Source: an uncultured Acidobacteriota bacterium
GTDB lineage: Bacteria; Acidobacteriota; Terriglobia; UBA7540
Direction of reading: 5' to 3'
DNA: 64,000 nucleotides
Assembly: GCA_963804995.1 (NCBI GenBank)
Contig: CAWDSK010000002.1
Location: 352,001 to 416,000 of the forward strand
Shown here: piece after piece, positions 8,514 through 18,674 of the stretch
How the letters are laid out: every line of letters starts with the position of its first letter
Position numbering within the stretch: position 1 is the stretch's first letter
Translations under genes and position numbers: made by a program
Notes under the pieces: generated by a model
Told to the model about the DNA's origin: nothing
The model's input: the letters and a program-made list of their open reading frames with translations, nothing else
Databases searched by the model: none

Positions 8514-8699
8514 ATGGCAAATCCGAAACGACAACATTCCAAAGCGCGGCGGGATCGCCGACGGGCTCATGACCATCTGGCAACTCCGGGGATGGCCGAG
8601 TGCCCTCACTGTCACGAAAAAAAGCTGCCTCACCAGGTCTGCCCGCACTGCGGCTACTACCGCAGCCGGGAAGTGGTTCTGGTGGAGGAATCAGCCTAA
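8514..8699 (+). CDS. rpmF: 50S ribosomal protein L32 (zinc-binding type)
   Basis: MANPKRQHSKARRDRRRAH...CPHC...PHQVCPHCGYY. Confidence 0.96.
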   Translation: MANPKRQHSKARRDRRRAHDHLATPGMAECPHCHEKKLPHQVCPHCGYYRSREVVLVEESA

Positions 8700-8786
8700 C
8701 GTGCCAGGCGATAGGCCTCCGAGATTCGAGCCGGTGCGACCTTCTCTTCCCGCGCCGGCCATATTCCAAAGTTTGAATTGACCACC

Positions 8787-9803
8787 ATGCGACGCATCGC
8801 CGTTGACGCCATGGGCACCGACGCGGCGCCCGGCCCCGAAGTTGAGGGAGCCATCCAAGCCGCGCGGGAAGGATACGCGGAGGTTCTGCTGGTCGGGCCG
8901 CAAGACAGCCTTAAGCCCGAACTCAGCCGCCGCGGCGCCCAGGGCCTGCCCATTGAGATCGTGCACGCCAGCGAGGCCGTCACCATGGGGGACAAGGCCA
9001 CCAAGGCCTTCCGCCAGCGGCGCGATTCCTCCCTCCGCGTTTCGGCCCGCCTGGTGCACGAGGGCAAGGCCGACGGCATGATCACCGCCGGCAACACCGG
9101 CGCGGCGATGACCACCGCCAAGATCGTGCTGGGAGCGCTGGAAGGCGTGGACCGGCCGGCGATCGCCCAGGTTTTTCCCACCTCCAAGGGCACTGCGTCC
9201 GTGCTGCTCGATGTGGGCGCGAATGTGGATTGCAAGGCCCACCACCTGGTGGAGTTCGCGGTGATGGGCGAAACCTATTACCGTGTAATCTTCGGCGTGG
9301 AGCGGCCGCGCGTGGGCCTGCTCTCCATCGGCCAGGAGGAGCACAAAGGAAACGAACTGACGCGCGAGGCGCTGGGGCTGCTCAAACTGCTCCCCTTGAA
9401 TTTTATCGGCAACGTAGAAGGCCGCGACCTTTATAATGGCCGCGTAGAAGTAATCGTCTGTGACGGTTTTATCGGCAACGTCGCTTTGAAAATCAGCGAA
9501 GGGGCAATTGAAGCGATCTCCAGCCTCTTAAAGGAAGCTTTTTCAAGTTCACTCTCTTCCAAGGTTGGTTACCTCCTCTCCCGAAAAGCCCTCCGACGAT
9601 TTAAGAAGCGGGTGGATTATTCTGAGTACGGCGGCGCGCCCCTGCTGGGTGTGAAGGGCGTGTGCATCATCTGCCACGGCGGATCGAACGACAATGCCAT
9701 CAAAAACGCCATCCGCGTTGCGGCGGAATTCGCCGAAGGTAAAGTAAACGAGAAGATTGAACGCGAGTTGGCGGCTGCTTCCCTGGGGAATCCCAAAGGG
9801 TAG
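8787..9803 (+). CDS. plsX: Phosphate acyltransferase
   Basis: [46 protein letters not shown]. Confidence 0.96.
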   Translation: MRRIAVDAMGTDAAPGPEVEGAIQAAREGYAEVLLVGPQDSLKPELSRRGAQGLPIEIVHASEAVTMGDKATKAFRQRRDSSLRVSARLVHEGKADGMITAGNTGAAMTTAKIVLGALEGVDRPAIAQVFPTSKGTASVLLDVGANVDCKAHHLVEFAVMGETYYRVIFGVERPRVGLLSIGQEEHKGNELTREALGLLKLLPLNFIGNVEGRDLYNGRVEVIVCDGFIGNVALKISEGAIEAISSLLKEAFSSSLSSKVGYLLSRKALRRFKKRVDYSEYGGAPLLGVKGVCIICHGGSNDNAIKNAIRVAAEFAEGKVNEKIERELAAASLGNPKG

Positions 9804-9873
9804 TCAAGGGTTCCAGATTCAGTGCCGCGTCCCTCTCTCCCGGAGAAAGCTTCCGGAAACCTGAGGAGTCTCT

Positions 9874-10854
9874 ATGTGTTTAGCGGGTGTTCTAGGAACC
9901 GGCTCAGCCTTGCCGGAAAAGGTCATTACCAACGCGGATCTCGAAAAGATGGTAGAGACCTCCGATCAGTGGATTACCGACCGCACCGGCATCAAAGAGC
10001 GTCGCCAGGCCGCGCCCCACGAAACCACCTCCACTCTATCGGTAGTTGCTTCACGCCTGGCTCTGGAAAAAGCGGGGATCAAAGCCGCGGATCTCGACCT
10101 GATCATTTGTTCGACGATTTCGCCCGACATGCCGCTGCCGGCCACGGCCTCGCTCATCCAGCGCGACCTTGGCGCCCGTGGCTGCTGCGCCTTCGATCTG
10201 GCGGCGGCGTGTTCCGGGTTCCTTTTTGGGATGACCGTGGCCGAGCAGTTCATCCGCAACGGTACGGCAAAATACGTCTTGGTGATCGGCGCTGAACTGC
10301 TCTCGCGTTATCTCGATTATAAAGACCGCGCCACTTGCGTCATTTTCGGGGACGGCGTCGCCGCGGCCGTGTTCGGGCCCGTGGAGCCACCCTCGGGAAT
10401 CTTGGCGCACGAGTTGCACACCGAAGGTCAGTACGCTGACCACCTTTTCATCCCGGCGGGCGGCACCGCTATGCCGACTTCCTGTGAGACCATCGAACAG
10501 GGCGCGCACTACATCAAGATGCGCGGCAATGAGCTTTTCAAAGTGGCCGTGCGCAGCCTGGAAGAGGTCTCGCGCCACGTTATGAAGAAGGCCGGCGTTA
10601 CGGCCGATGATATCGACCTCTTCATCCCCCACCAGGCGAACCAGCGTATTACGGAAGCGGTCCGCGAGCGGTTGGGCGTGGCCCCCGAAAAGCTCTATTC
10701 CAATATCAGCCGCATCGGCAACACCTCCTCGGCCTCCATCCCCATCTGCCTGGATGAGTGTGTGCATGATGGGCGCTTGAAGAAGGGGGACTTGGTGCTC
10801 ATGTCCGCCTTCGGCGCGGGCGTGACGTGGGGGGCGGTTTTAATGAGATGGTAG
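9874..10854 (+). CDS. fabH: 3-oxoacyl-ACP synthase III
   Basis: AACSGF, HQANQRI, GNTSSASIP. Confidence 0.95.
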   Translation: MCLAGVLGTGSALPEKVITNADLEKMVETSDQWITDRTGIKERRQAAPHETTSTLSVVASRLALEKAGIKAADLDLIICSTISPDMPLPATASLIQRDLGARGCCAFDLAAACSGFLFGMTVAEQFIRNGTAKYVLVIGAELLSRYLDYKDRATCVIFGDGVAAAVFGPVEPPSGILAHELHTEGQYADHLFIPAGGTAMPTSCETIEQGAHYIKMRGNELFKVAVRSLEEVSRHVMKKAGVTADDIDLFIPHQANQRITEAVRERLGVAPEKLYSNISRIGNTSSASIPICLDECVHDGRLKKGDLVLMSAFGAGVTWGAVLMRW

Positions 10855-10886
10855 TCCGTTGTGCTTTGCGGACGATTTAGGAGAGC

Positions 10887-10935
10887 CGAAACTCGAAAAT
10901 CGAAACTCGAAACTCGCCGCGATTTTCGAATTTCG
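10887..10935. repeat. Heptameric tandem repeat (cgaaact/cgaaaat) with inverted copies
   Basis: cgaaactcgaaaatcgaaactcgaaactcg...ttttcgaatttcg; same family at 60928-60998. Confidence 0.7.
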
Positions 10936-10972
10936 GCCTTACGGGCCACAGGTAGGTTCCAGGGTTTCCAAA

Positions 10973-11917
10973 GTGAAGACAGCCTTCATCTTTCCCGGTC
11001 AAGGTTCTCAGTACCCCGGCATGGGCCGAGAGTTGGCGGAGAATTTCGGAGTCGCTCGCCAGGTTTTCGACGCCTCGGACGCGGCGTTAGGGTTCGGCAT
11101 TTCCAAGCTCTGCTTTGAAGGCCCGGCGGAAGAGCTGCAGCTTACTGCGAATACTCAACCGGCCATCCTCACTGCGTCTGTTGCTGCTGCCATGGTGTTG
11201 CGCGAGAAGGGAGTGCATCCGGATTTTGTTGCCGGCCACAGCCTGGGGGAGTACTCGGCGCTAGTGGCGGCGGGCGCACTCAGACTCTCGGACGCCGTGC
11301 GCCTGGTTCGCAAGCGTGGGCAGTACATGCAGGAAGCCGTGCCGGTGGGCCAGGGCGCGATGGCGGCGATCCTGGGCCTGGACGGGGCCGTGCTGGAGGA
11401 AGTTTGCCGGGAAGCCGCGCAGGGAGAAGTAGTCTCGCCGGCGAATTTGAACTCGCCGGGGCAGGTGGTAATCGCCGGAAGCGCCGCTGCGGTGGCCAGA
11501 GCTGTCGAAGGGGCGAAAGCGCGTGGCGCCAAGCGCGCCATCATGCTCAACGTGAGCGCACCCTTCCACAGTGCCCTGATGAAGCCCGCCCAAGACCGGT
11601 TGAGTGTGGATTTGGATGCAACCGAAGTGGCCGACCCGCAAGTGCCCCTGGTGAATAACGCGGACGCACAGGTTGTGAAGTCCGCATCTGTGGTGCGCGA
11701 TGGGTTGAAGCGCCAAGTGACGGCTCCCGTGCGTTGGGAAGAATCGATGCGCCGCCTGCGCGCGGAAGGTGTGGACTTGTTTGTGGAGGTCGGACCGGGT
11801 AAAGTGCTCTCGGGGCTGCTTCGGCAGGTCGACCGCGTGGCCGAGTGCTGGCACGTCGAGGACGTGGCAACGCTGAGCGAGGTTATGGCGCATATGGCGC
11901 CGAAGGTTGACGTTTAG
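10973..11917 (+). CDS. fabD: Malonyl-CoA:ACP transacylase
   Basis: FPGQGSQ, GHSLGEY, VSAPFHS; GTG start at 10973. Confidence 0.95.
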   Translation: MKTAFIFPGQGSQYPGMGRELAENFGVARQVFDASDAALGFGISKLCFEGPAEELQLTANTQPAILTASVAAAMVLREKGVHPDFVAGHSLGEYSALVAAGALRLSDAVRLVRKRGQYMQEAVPVGQGAMAAILGLDGAVLEEVCREAAQGEVVSPANLNSPGQVVIAGSAAAVARAVEGAKARGAKRAIMLNVSAPFHSALMKPAQDRLSVDLDATEVADPQVPLVNNADAQVVKSASVVRDGLKRQVTAPVRWEESMRRLRAEGVDLFVEVGPGKVLSGLLRQVDRVAECWHVEDVATLSEVMAHMAPKVDV

Positions 11918-11996
11918 GGGCGGTTCCCGATCCGATCGGGACAGTTTGCGCCCTGCCTTCCTTTGCGTCTAAACAATCTTTCGGCCATCCAAACAG

Positions 11997-12761
11997 ATGG
12001 GAGCAGGTGAACGTATGTTGAGCATGGAAGGACGCGTGGCGATTGTGACGGGCGGCGCGCAGGGAATTGGCCGGGCCACGGTGATGGTTCTGGCGGAGCG
12101 GGGCGCCAGCATCGGCTTGACCAACATCCGCTGCGCCAAGCTCGATTCGACGATCAAGGAACTTGAGGACATGGGAAGAAAAGCCCTCAAGTTCTGTGTG
12201 GATGTCACTGATGTGGAGGCAGTTGAGGAGATGGTGGAACAGACCGTGGCCACCTGGGGGAAGATTGACATCCTGGTGAACAACGCGGGCATAACCAAGG
12301 ATAACCTGGTGATGCGCATGAAGACTGACGACTGGCAAGCCGTCCTCAAGACCAATCTGGATGGGACCTTCTACTGCACCCGCGCGGTGCTGCCCCACAT
12401 GGTCCGGCAGCGTTATGGCCGCATCATCAATGTGGCCTCGGTGGTGGCGCAGGCCGGGAATGTGGGCCAGGCGAACTACATCGCCTCCAAGGCGGGAATC
12501 ATCGGCCTCACCAAGGCCGTAGCCGCGGAAGTGGCGCGGCGCAACATTACCGTAAATGCCATCGCGCCAGGTTTCATCGCCACCCCCATGACGGAGGGGT
12601 TGCCGGCCGAGATCAAGCAGAAGATGCTGAGCATGATTCCCATTGGCCGCATGGGAACCGACGCCGAGGTGGCCAACGCTGTGCTTTTCCTCGCCTCTGA
12701 GGAGGCGAGCTACATTACCGGTCACGTCTTGAACATTAACGGCGGAATGTTTATGGCTTAG
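11997..12761 (+). CDS. fabG: 3-oxoacyl-ACP reductase
   Basis: TGGAQGIG, NNAGIT.D, NYIASKAG; start may be 12015. Confidence 0.94.
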   Translation: MGAGERMLSMEGRVAIVTGGAQGIGRATVMVLAERGASIGLTNIRCAKLDSTIKELEDMGRKALKFCVDVTDVEAVEEMVEQTVATWGKIDILVNNAGITKDNLVMRMKTDDWQAVLKTNLDGTFYCTRAVLPHMVRQRYGRIINVASVVAQAGNVGQANYIASKAGIIGLTKAVAAEVARRNITVNAIAPGFIATPMTEGLPAEIKQKMLSMIPIGRMGTDAEVANAVLFLASEEASYITGHVLNINGGMFMA

Positions 12762-12794
12762 TGACTGAGCCCGCCGGGCTGCGCTCGGCCGCGC

Positions 12795-12823
12795 TTGACG
12801 CTTTCCGGGAGCGCAGATAGAAT
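12795..12823 (+). promoter_or_regulatory. Internal sigma70 promoter for acpP-fabF
   Basis: TTGACG-17-TAGAAT, followed by a GAGGAGG RBS. Confidence 0.6.
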
Positions 12824-12858
12824 GAGCGGCCTTATGTAACTTTGAGGAGGATAGACTG

Positions 12859-13107
12859 ATGGCATCGCCCGATGAGAAGGTGAAACAGATAATTGTAGAG
12901 CAGCTTGGAGTGGACGAGTCGGAAGTGACCCCGACGGCGCATTTCGTTGACGACCTCGGCGCCGATTCGCTCGACATCGTGGAACTGGTGATGGCCTTTG
13001 AAGAGGCCTTCGAAATCGAGATTCCTGACGAGGACGCGGAAAAGATCACGACCGTCAAGGACGCGATCGATTACATTCAAGCCCACACCAAGGGCTCGAA
13101 GAACTGA
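12859..13107 (+). CDS. acpP: Acyl carrier protein
   Basis: [18 protein letters not shown]. Confidence 0.97.
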   Translation: MASPDEKVKQIIVEQLGVDESEVTPTAHFVDDLGADSLDIVELVMAFEEAFEIEIPDEDAEKITTVKDAIDYIQAHTKGSKN

Positions 13108-13143
13108 CCAACCCAGGGCAGGTTTCCAGAGGAGGAGCACAGC

Positions 13144-14385
13144 TTGACGCGTAGAGTTGTCGTGACCGGTGTGGGATTACTCACCGCCGTCGGCCTCGAC
13201 ACGGCGGAGTCGTGGCAGAATCTCCTGGCCGGCAAGAGCGGCGTGGCGCCCATCACACATTTTGACACCACGGGCTTCGCCGTGAGCATCGCGGCGGAAG
13301 TCAAAGGTTTCGACCCTTTTCAGTTCATCGAAAAGAAAGAACTGAAGAAGATGGGGACCTTCATTCAGTTTGCCCTCGCCGCCGCGTCTTACGCGATGCA
13401 GCAGTCTCACCTCCAAATCAACCCTGACTTTGCTGAACGTGTGGGTGTGTACATCGGTTCGGGCATCGGCGGATTCGATGTCATCGAGCGCGAGCACACG
13501 GCGCTCCTGCAGGGTGGGCCCCGCAAGATTTCACCTTTCTTCATTCCTGCCGCCATCGTCAACCTGGCATCCGGCCACGTCTCCATCCGCTACGGCGCCA
13601 AGGGGCCGAACTCCGCCACTTGCACCGCGTGCTCTTCGAGCGCGCACGCCGTGGGTGATTCCTTCAAGCTCATCCAACGCTGTGCCGCTGACGTGATGAT
13701 TTGCGGTGGCACCGAGGCGGCCATCACTCCCATGGGCGTGGGTGGATTTGCGGCCATGCGCGCGCTTTCCACCCGCAATGATGAGCCTGCCAAAGCCAGC
13801 CGCCCCTTCGATAGAGAACGCGACGGCTTCGTGATTGGCGAAGGCGCGGGGATCCTGATCCTGGAAGGATTGGACTTCGCGCTCAAGCGCGGCGCGCCGA
13901 TTCTGGCTGAAATCGTCGGCTATGGCATGTCGGGCGACGCCTTCCATATCACCCAACCCGATGAAAATGCTGACGGCGCGGTGCGCGCCATGCGGGCGAC
14001 GCTCGCGGATGCAGAGATCCTTCCCGAGCAGGTCAGTTACATCAACGCCCACGGCACCTCGACACCTTACAACGACCGCCTGGAAACGCTGGCCATCAAG
14101 AAGGTTTTCGGTCACCACGCTTACAAGCTGCCGGTGAGTTCCACGAAGTCGATGACCGGCCATTTGCTGGGCGGCGCAGGAGGCCTGGAAGCAGGCATCA
14201 CCGCGCTTGCCTTGCACGACCAGGTGCTGCCGCCTACCATCAATCTCGAAAACCCCGACCCCGATTGCGACCTCGACTACGTTCCCAATCAAGCGCGCAA
14301 GGCTGAGGTCGAGTACGCCCTCTCGAATTCCTTCGGCTTTGGCGGTACCAACGCTGCGCTATTGATGAAACGCTACACCGGCTAG
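13144..14385 (+). CDS. fabF: 3-oxoacyl-ACP synthase II
   Basis: RRVVVTG, TACSS, NAHGTST, KSMTGHLLG, SNSFGFGG. Confidence 0.96.
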   Translation: MTRRVVVTGVGLLTAVGLDTAESWQNLLAGKSGVAPITHFDTTGFAVSIAAEVKGFDPFQFIEKKELKKMGTFIQFALAAASYAMQQSHLQINPDFAERVGVYIGSGIGGFDVIEREHTALLQGGPRKISPFFIPAAIVNLASGHVSIRYGAKGPNSATCTACSSSAHAVGDSFKLIQRCAADVMICGGTEAAITPMGVGGFAAMRALSTRNDEPAKASRPFDRERDGFVIGEGAGILILEGLDFALKRGAPILAEIVGYGMSGDAFHITQPDENADGAVRAMRATLADAEILPEQVSYINAHGTSTPYNDRLETLAIKKVFGHHAYKLPVSSTKSMTGHLLGGAGGLEAGITALALHDQVLPPTINLENPDPDCDLDYVPNQARKAEVEYALSNSFGFGGTNAALLMKRYTG

Positions 14386-14478
14386 CAGGCTAGGGTGCAC
14401 GCCTGGGAAATGAAATTCTGGGAAAGTGGGGTTGAAATAAGTTCTCTCTTACGGCTATAATAGCCGTAAGGAGGAACC

Positions 14479-14880
14479 ATGGCTCAGTCTTTTGAAGTTC
14501 CTGGTCCGGTCCGTGAGCTTGCCGCTCGGTTGGGTCAGTCCCAGCCCATGCGGCGCGGCTCCCTATCGGAGCGTTATGTGAAATGCGGCAAGCCGGGTTG
14601 TGGTTGCGCGGAGGATGCCAAGGCGCGGCACGGCCCTTATTACAGTCTGACGCAGGCGGTGGGAGGGCAGACCCGCTCCCGCTTCTTGAACCCCGAGGAA
14701 GCGCAGCGGGCGCGAGAGCAGATCGAGACGGGCCAGCAGTTTCGGCGTCAGGTGGAGGCTTACTGGGCTGCCTGTGAGCAATGGGCGGATGCCCAGCTGG
14801 AAGCCCGGGAGGAAGAAGGGCAAGCCGAGGTTAAAAAAAACCGCACTCGGCGAGGCTCTGGCGCACGACCTCACCGCTGA
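14479..14880 (+). CDS. ISKra4-associated OrfA (DUF6788-like)
   Basis: MRRGSL.ERY.KCGKPGC.C...HGPY; AAGGAGG RBS; A8 run near the 3' end. Confidence 0.8.
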   Translation: MAQSFEVPGPVRELAARLGQSQPMRRGSLSERYVKCGKPGCGCAEDAKARHGPYYSLTQAVGGQTRSRFLNPEEAQRAREQIETGQQFRRQVEAYWAACEQWADAQLEAREEEGQAEVKKNRTRRGSGARPHR

Positions 14881-16187
14881 GATTGAGCGCCTGGTGGGTC
14901 GGGAAGCCACGGCGGCTCTGGACTTCGAGGCGGTGGAAACGGCCGTACGCCGTCAGGCTTTGCGCTTCGCCGCGCGGGTGGTGGAGCAGCGGCTGAATGC
15001 CGACCACTCCGACTTTACCGGAGCCCGTCGGCCGTGTTCCTGCGGTCAGCCCGCGCGCTATGTAGACCGGCGGGCCAAGCCTTTCCAGACCGTGCTGGGC
15101 GAATTACGGCTGGAGCGCGCCTACTATTATTGTGCTGCCTGCCAGCGCGGGTTCTGTCCTCGTGACCAGCAGTGGGGAATGGAGGACACTTCTCTGTCCC
15201 CGGCGGTGACACGCATGGTGGGCACGGTGGGAGCCTTGGTGAGCTTTCAAGAAGGGCGTGAACTCCTCGGGGAATTGGCGGGCGTGGAAGTAAGTGCCAA
15301 GCAGGTGGAGCGTACGGCGGAGGCGCTGGGAGCGGAAGTCGCCGAGGATGAACGCCAACCGGTGGAGGCGGTGAGGGAAGGACCCTTGCCGCCCACCCTC
15401 TATCTCGGCCTGGATGGTACCGGCATTCCCATGCGCAAGGAGGAACTCACGGGGCGAGCGGGCAAGCAGCCGGATGGCTCCGCCCAAACCCGCGAGGTCA
15501 AGGTCTGCGCCATCTGGAGCGCGGAAGCGCGCGATGCCGAAGGCCGGCCCCGGCGTGATGCTGGCTCGGTCAGCTACTCGGCGGCCATCGAGACGGCGGC
15601 CTGCCGCGACACCGACTCCCAGATCGCAGCATTTACCCAGCGCGTTCGAGCGTGAGGCGAAGCGTTGAGACTTCGGGCAAGCCTCTCGCCAAGTGGTGAT
15701 CGGCGACGGGGCTCCCTGGATCTGGAACATCGCCGCGGAGGTGTTCCCGCAAGCCCTGCAAATCGTGGATCGTTACCACGTGAAGGAGCATTTGAGCCAA
15801 GTGGCCAAGGCCCTCTATGGGCAAGCGGAGGCATCCCATCGCTGGGCGCAACGTCGGCACCAAGAATTGGATGGCGGGCGTTGGCGGAGTCTGACGACGG
15901 CGCTGGCCCGCCATGCGGCCCGCTCACCGGAAGCCCGCAACTGCCTTCAGTACTTGCAGCGCAACCGGCACCGCATGCGCTACGCGGAATTTCATGCCCA
16001 GCACCTGTGTACTTCCTCAGGGGTTCTGGAGGCGGGTTGCAGGGTTGTCGTGGGGTCGCGCCTAAAACGTTCGGGCATGCATTGGACCGTGCGCGGCTCC
16101 AATGCCATCATCGCTCTGCGGTGTTACAAACTCAGCGGTCGCTTCGAAGACTTCTGGGAACGCCGGGCGCACAGGGTGGGGGCGTGA
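14830..16187 (+). pseudogene. ISKra4 transposase, apparently broken by a +1 frameshift (15644-15650) and a TGA (15666-15668); both lesions may be sequencing artefacts
   Basis: LGLDGTGIP, TREVK, GDGAPWIW, VDRYH, SG.LE..C..V...RLKRSGMHW across two frames. Confidence 0.8.
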
Positions 16188-16230
16188 GCCCGCTCACTCC
16201 TTCGTCGTGCACCCAGCAGGCTAAGTAACG

Positions 16231-16259
16231 TTGACACCCTCTGGACCGTCCGTTATAGT
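16231..16259 (+). promoter_or_regulatory. sigma70 promoter for pgsA
   Basis: TTGACA-17-TATAGT. Confidence 0.6.
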
Positions 16260-16357
16260 GAACCACGGGTGCCGGAGCCTCCCTCCTTTGGCACTGGTAT
16301 TTTCGGCGGCCGGGCTCGAATGATTCCTCCCCTGGTAAGGGCTGGGTTCGAAGGCTC

Positions 16358-16975
16358 ATGAATCTCCCTATCTCGTTAACCCTCCTCCGAATCTTCTTTG
16401 TGCCCATCGTGGTTGTTCTGCTTCTCACTAAAGGCGAGAACATGGACCTGTGGGCGGTGGGGGTCTTTCTGCTCGCCGCCGCCACCGACCTGCTGGATGG
16501 TTACCTGGCGCGGAAACGTGGCCAGATCACTACCTTGGGCATCTTGCTGGATCCCATTGCCGACAAGTTGCTGACGTCCGCCGCTTTTATCTCTTTGGTG
16601 GAACTCCACTTCGTGCCAGCCTGGATGGTGGTCATTATCGTGGGCAGGGAGTTCGCTGTCTCCGGCCTGCGATCGATTGCCAGCGCGGAAGGCTACGTCC
16701 TGGAACCTTCGGAGCTGGGCAAGACCAAGATGGTGTTCCAGGTGGTGGCGATTACCGTCATCGTTCTGGAAGGCAGCCGGTATCCTGGAGTGCGTCCTCT
16801 TGGTGAAGTCTTGTTATGGATGGTCGTGCTCTTCGCCGTTGCCTCAGCGGTGCAATACTTCTGGAATTTCTGGAAACGCCTGGACGAGCGCGTGAAACGT
16901 CACTCCTCCCGCCGCCTGATGGTGATCCGGGCCGGCGAGAAGGAACCGGAGGAGAAAGATGTTGCCGCTCAGTGA
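16358..16975 (+). CDS. pgsA: CDP-diacylglycerol--glycerol-3-phosphate 3-phosphatidyltransferase
   Basis: MNLP..LT..R, TD.LDGYLARK......G..LDPIADK. Confidence 0.92.
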   Translation: MNLPISLTLLRIFFVPIVVVLLLTKGENMDLWAVGVFLLAAATDLLDGYLARKRGQITTLGILLDPIADKLLTSAAFISLVELHFVPAWMVVIIVGREFAVSGLRSIASAEGYVLEPSELGKTKMVFQVVAITVIVLEGSRYPGVRPLGEVLLWMVVLFAVASAVQYFWNFWKRLDERVKRHSSRRLMVIRAGEKEPEEKDVAAQ

Positions 16976-17531
16976 AACCGATCAGCAAACCCTGCTGAGG
17001 ATGGCGCGCGAAGCCATCGAAGGCTACCTCAACTCAGCTCAAATCCCCAATATCCCGGAGCCCCCAGAAACGCTGCGGCAGCCCTGCGGGGCCTTCGTAA
17101 CTTTGCGCAAAGGCAAACACTTGCGAGGATGCATCGGCTATGTGGAGGCGCGCAGGCCCCTCTACGTTACGGTCCGCGAATGTGCGGTGAGCGCGGCGCT
17201 GCACGACCCACGCTTCCCTCCCGTCACGAAGAAGGAGATGCCGGGATTGAATATGGAAATCTCCGTCCTCTCTCCCCTGGTTGAGATTGCCCCCGAGAAA
17301 ATCGAGATCGGACGGCACGGGCTGCTGATCTCTCGCGGAGCTCAGCGAGGCCTCTTGTTACCCCAAGTTGCAGTGGAATGGAATTGGGGGCGGGAACGAT
17401 TCTTGGACGAAACCTGCTTGAAAGCGGGGTTGCCATCCGACGCCTGGCAGCACGGCGCAAGGATTCAAGCCTTCACGGCGCAAGTCTTCCCAGAGCCTGA
17501 CCCTACGCGTTCTTCTCAGCCCGCGGCCTGA
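16959..17531 (+). CDS. amrA: AmmeMemoRadiSam system protein A (AMMECR1 domain)
   Basis: GAFVTL, LRGCIG, DPRFPPV, EISVLS, GLLLPQVA, C.KAGL. Confidence 0.9.
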   Translation: MLPLSETDQQTLLRMAREAIEGYLNSAQIPNIPEPPETLRQPCGAFVTLRKGKHLRGCIGYVEARRPLYVTVRECAVSAALHDPRFPPVTKKEMPGLNMEISVLSPLVEIAPEKIEIGRHGLLISRGAQRGLLLPQVAVEWNWGRERFLDETCLKAGLPSDAWQHGARIQAFTAQVFPEPDPTRSSQPAA

Positions 17532-17722
17532 ACTCTTTCACGGCCTTGCCCCGCTCGATTGCGAAGCCACTAGGTCTTGCCGCGCTCTAGTGCCGCTTTC
17601 CGCATTTCAAGCGACACAACCCGAGTGCACCGGCAGCGCCGGCGCCATTGCCGGCGCAGCCCATGTGCCTGGAAGGACCTGGCGTTAGTTATCCACCGAA
17701 CAGGTTTTTTCCCCCGGCGGGA

Positions 17723-18541
17723 TTATTCTGCCTCGATGCTATCCCCAGCGGCGATTTCGCGAAAACTGTCGATGATAATCGCCACAGAAGACCTCTCGTG
17801 CACGGAAAGCACGACCGCCTCGCCCACCGTCTCGGGCGGCAAGAGCCTACCTCCCCAAGTGATGTGCTTGTAAATGCGAAATCGCTGGCCTGTCTTGACC
17901 TGACCATCGTCACCCATGCTCAGATACACAATGCTTCGTGTTCCGAGAACGCCATAGTTATTGAGAGCTGCGGCGATGAATCCGTGTGCTTTCTTGTCAT
18001 CGGTAGGCGTGAACTTGTCGATGCGCGGGGTTACCGTGTATTCTGGAATGGGGCGGACTACGTAGGGCACCAAAATATCTCCGGTGTTGATCGGGCCACA
18101 AGCGAAAGTGACTGCCGCCACGGTTCCTTCGGAACTCACGTGGGTCACCTTCACCTTGCCGATATCCTCGTAGGGCCGGCCCAGTCGGTTGATATCCCGA
18201 TCCTGACCTGAATAACGGGAGGTAAGGTAGATATCTTTACCCGGACGTATCACGGAGTATTCCGAGCCGATGGCGAATTCCACCTTGCCGCGACTGCCGA
18301 TGTAAACCGAATGGCCGGGTTTAAATCCCCGGAGCGGCGCTTGGGTATCATCATCCTCTCCACCGGCCACAAACATGTCGTTGGAAACTGAAGAGCCGGC
18401 GATGAAGCCTGTACAGTCCGCTTCTGAACGCGTGGCGGCGGGCTTAGAGGCCAGTGTGGTTGGTTGAGTTTCTTGGGCTAGAGCGGCAACCGCTGAGGCC
18501 GCGAGGAACACTAGGGCTATACCGAGAGTTATTCGACGCAC
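17723..18541 (-). CDS. Secreted hypothetical protein (FlgT C-terminal-like beta domains)
   Basis: Signal peptide; GTG start after AAGGAGG; VYLSMG....VKTGQRF.IY and EI.AGD.I motifs. Confidence 0.7.
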   Translation of the reverse strand: MRRITLGIALVFLAASAVAALAQETQPTTLASKPAATRSEADCTGFIAGSSVSNDMFVAGGEDDDTQAPLRGFKPGHSVYIGSRGKVEFAIGSEYSVIRPGKDIYLTSRYSGQDRDINRLGRPYEDIGKVKVTHVSSEGTVAAVTFACGPINTGDILVPYVVRPIPEYTVTPRIDKFTPTDDKKAHGFIAAALNNYGVLGTRSIVYLSMGDDGQVKTGQRFRIYKHITWGGRLLPPETVGEAVVLSVHERSSVAIIIDSFREIAAGDSIEAE

Positions 18542-18674
18542 AGGTTTCCTCCTTAGATTACCAACGACTGGCGCAGGCGGATCATCCCCCAATGAAGCCG
18601 CCGACGAGCAAACCCCTACTACAGCGCAAGTGTAAGCAATAAAGATACCTTGTGTCAAGCAAGGTTATACGGGG

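Larger units (their letters stand above)
14393..16214 (+). mobile_element. ISKra4 family insertion sequence
   Basis: Ends gggtgcacg.../...cgtgcaccc; 9-bp target duplication agcaggcta at 14384-14392 and 16215-16223. Confidence 0.88.
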
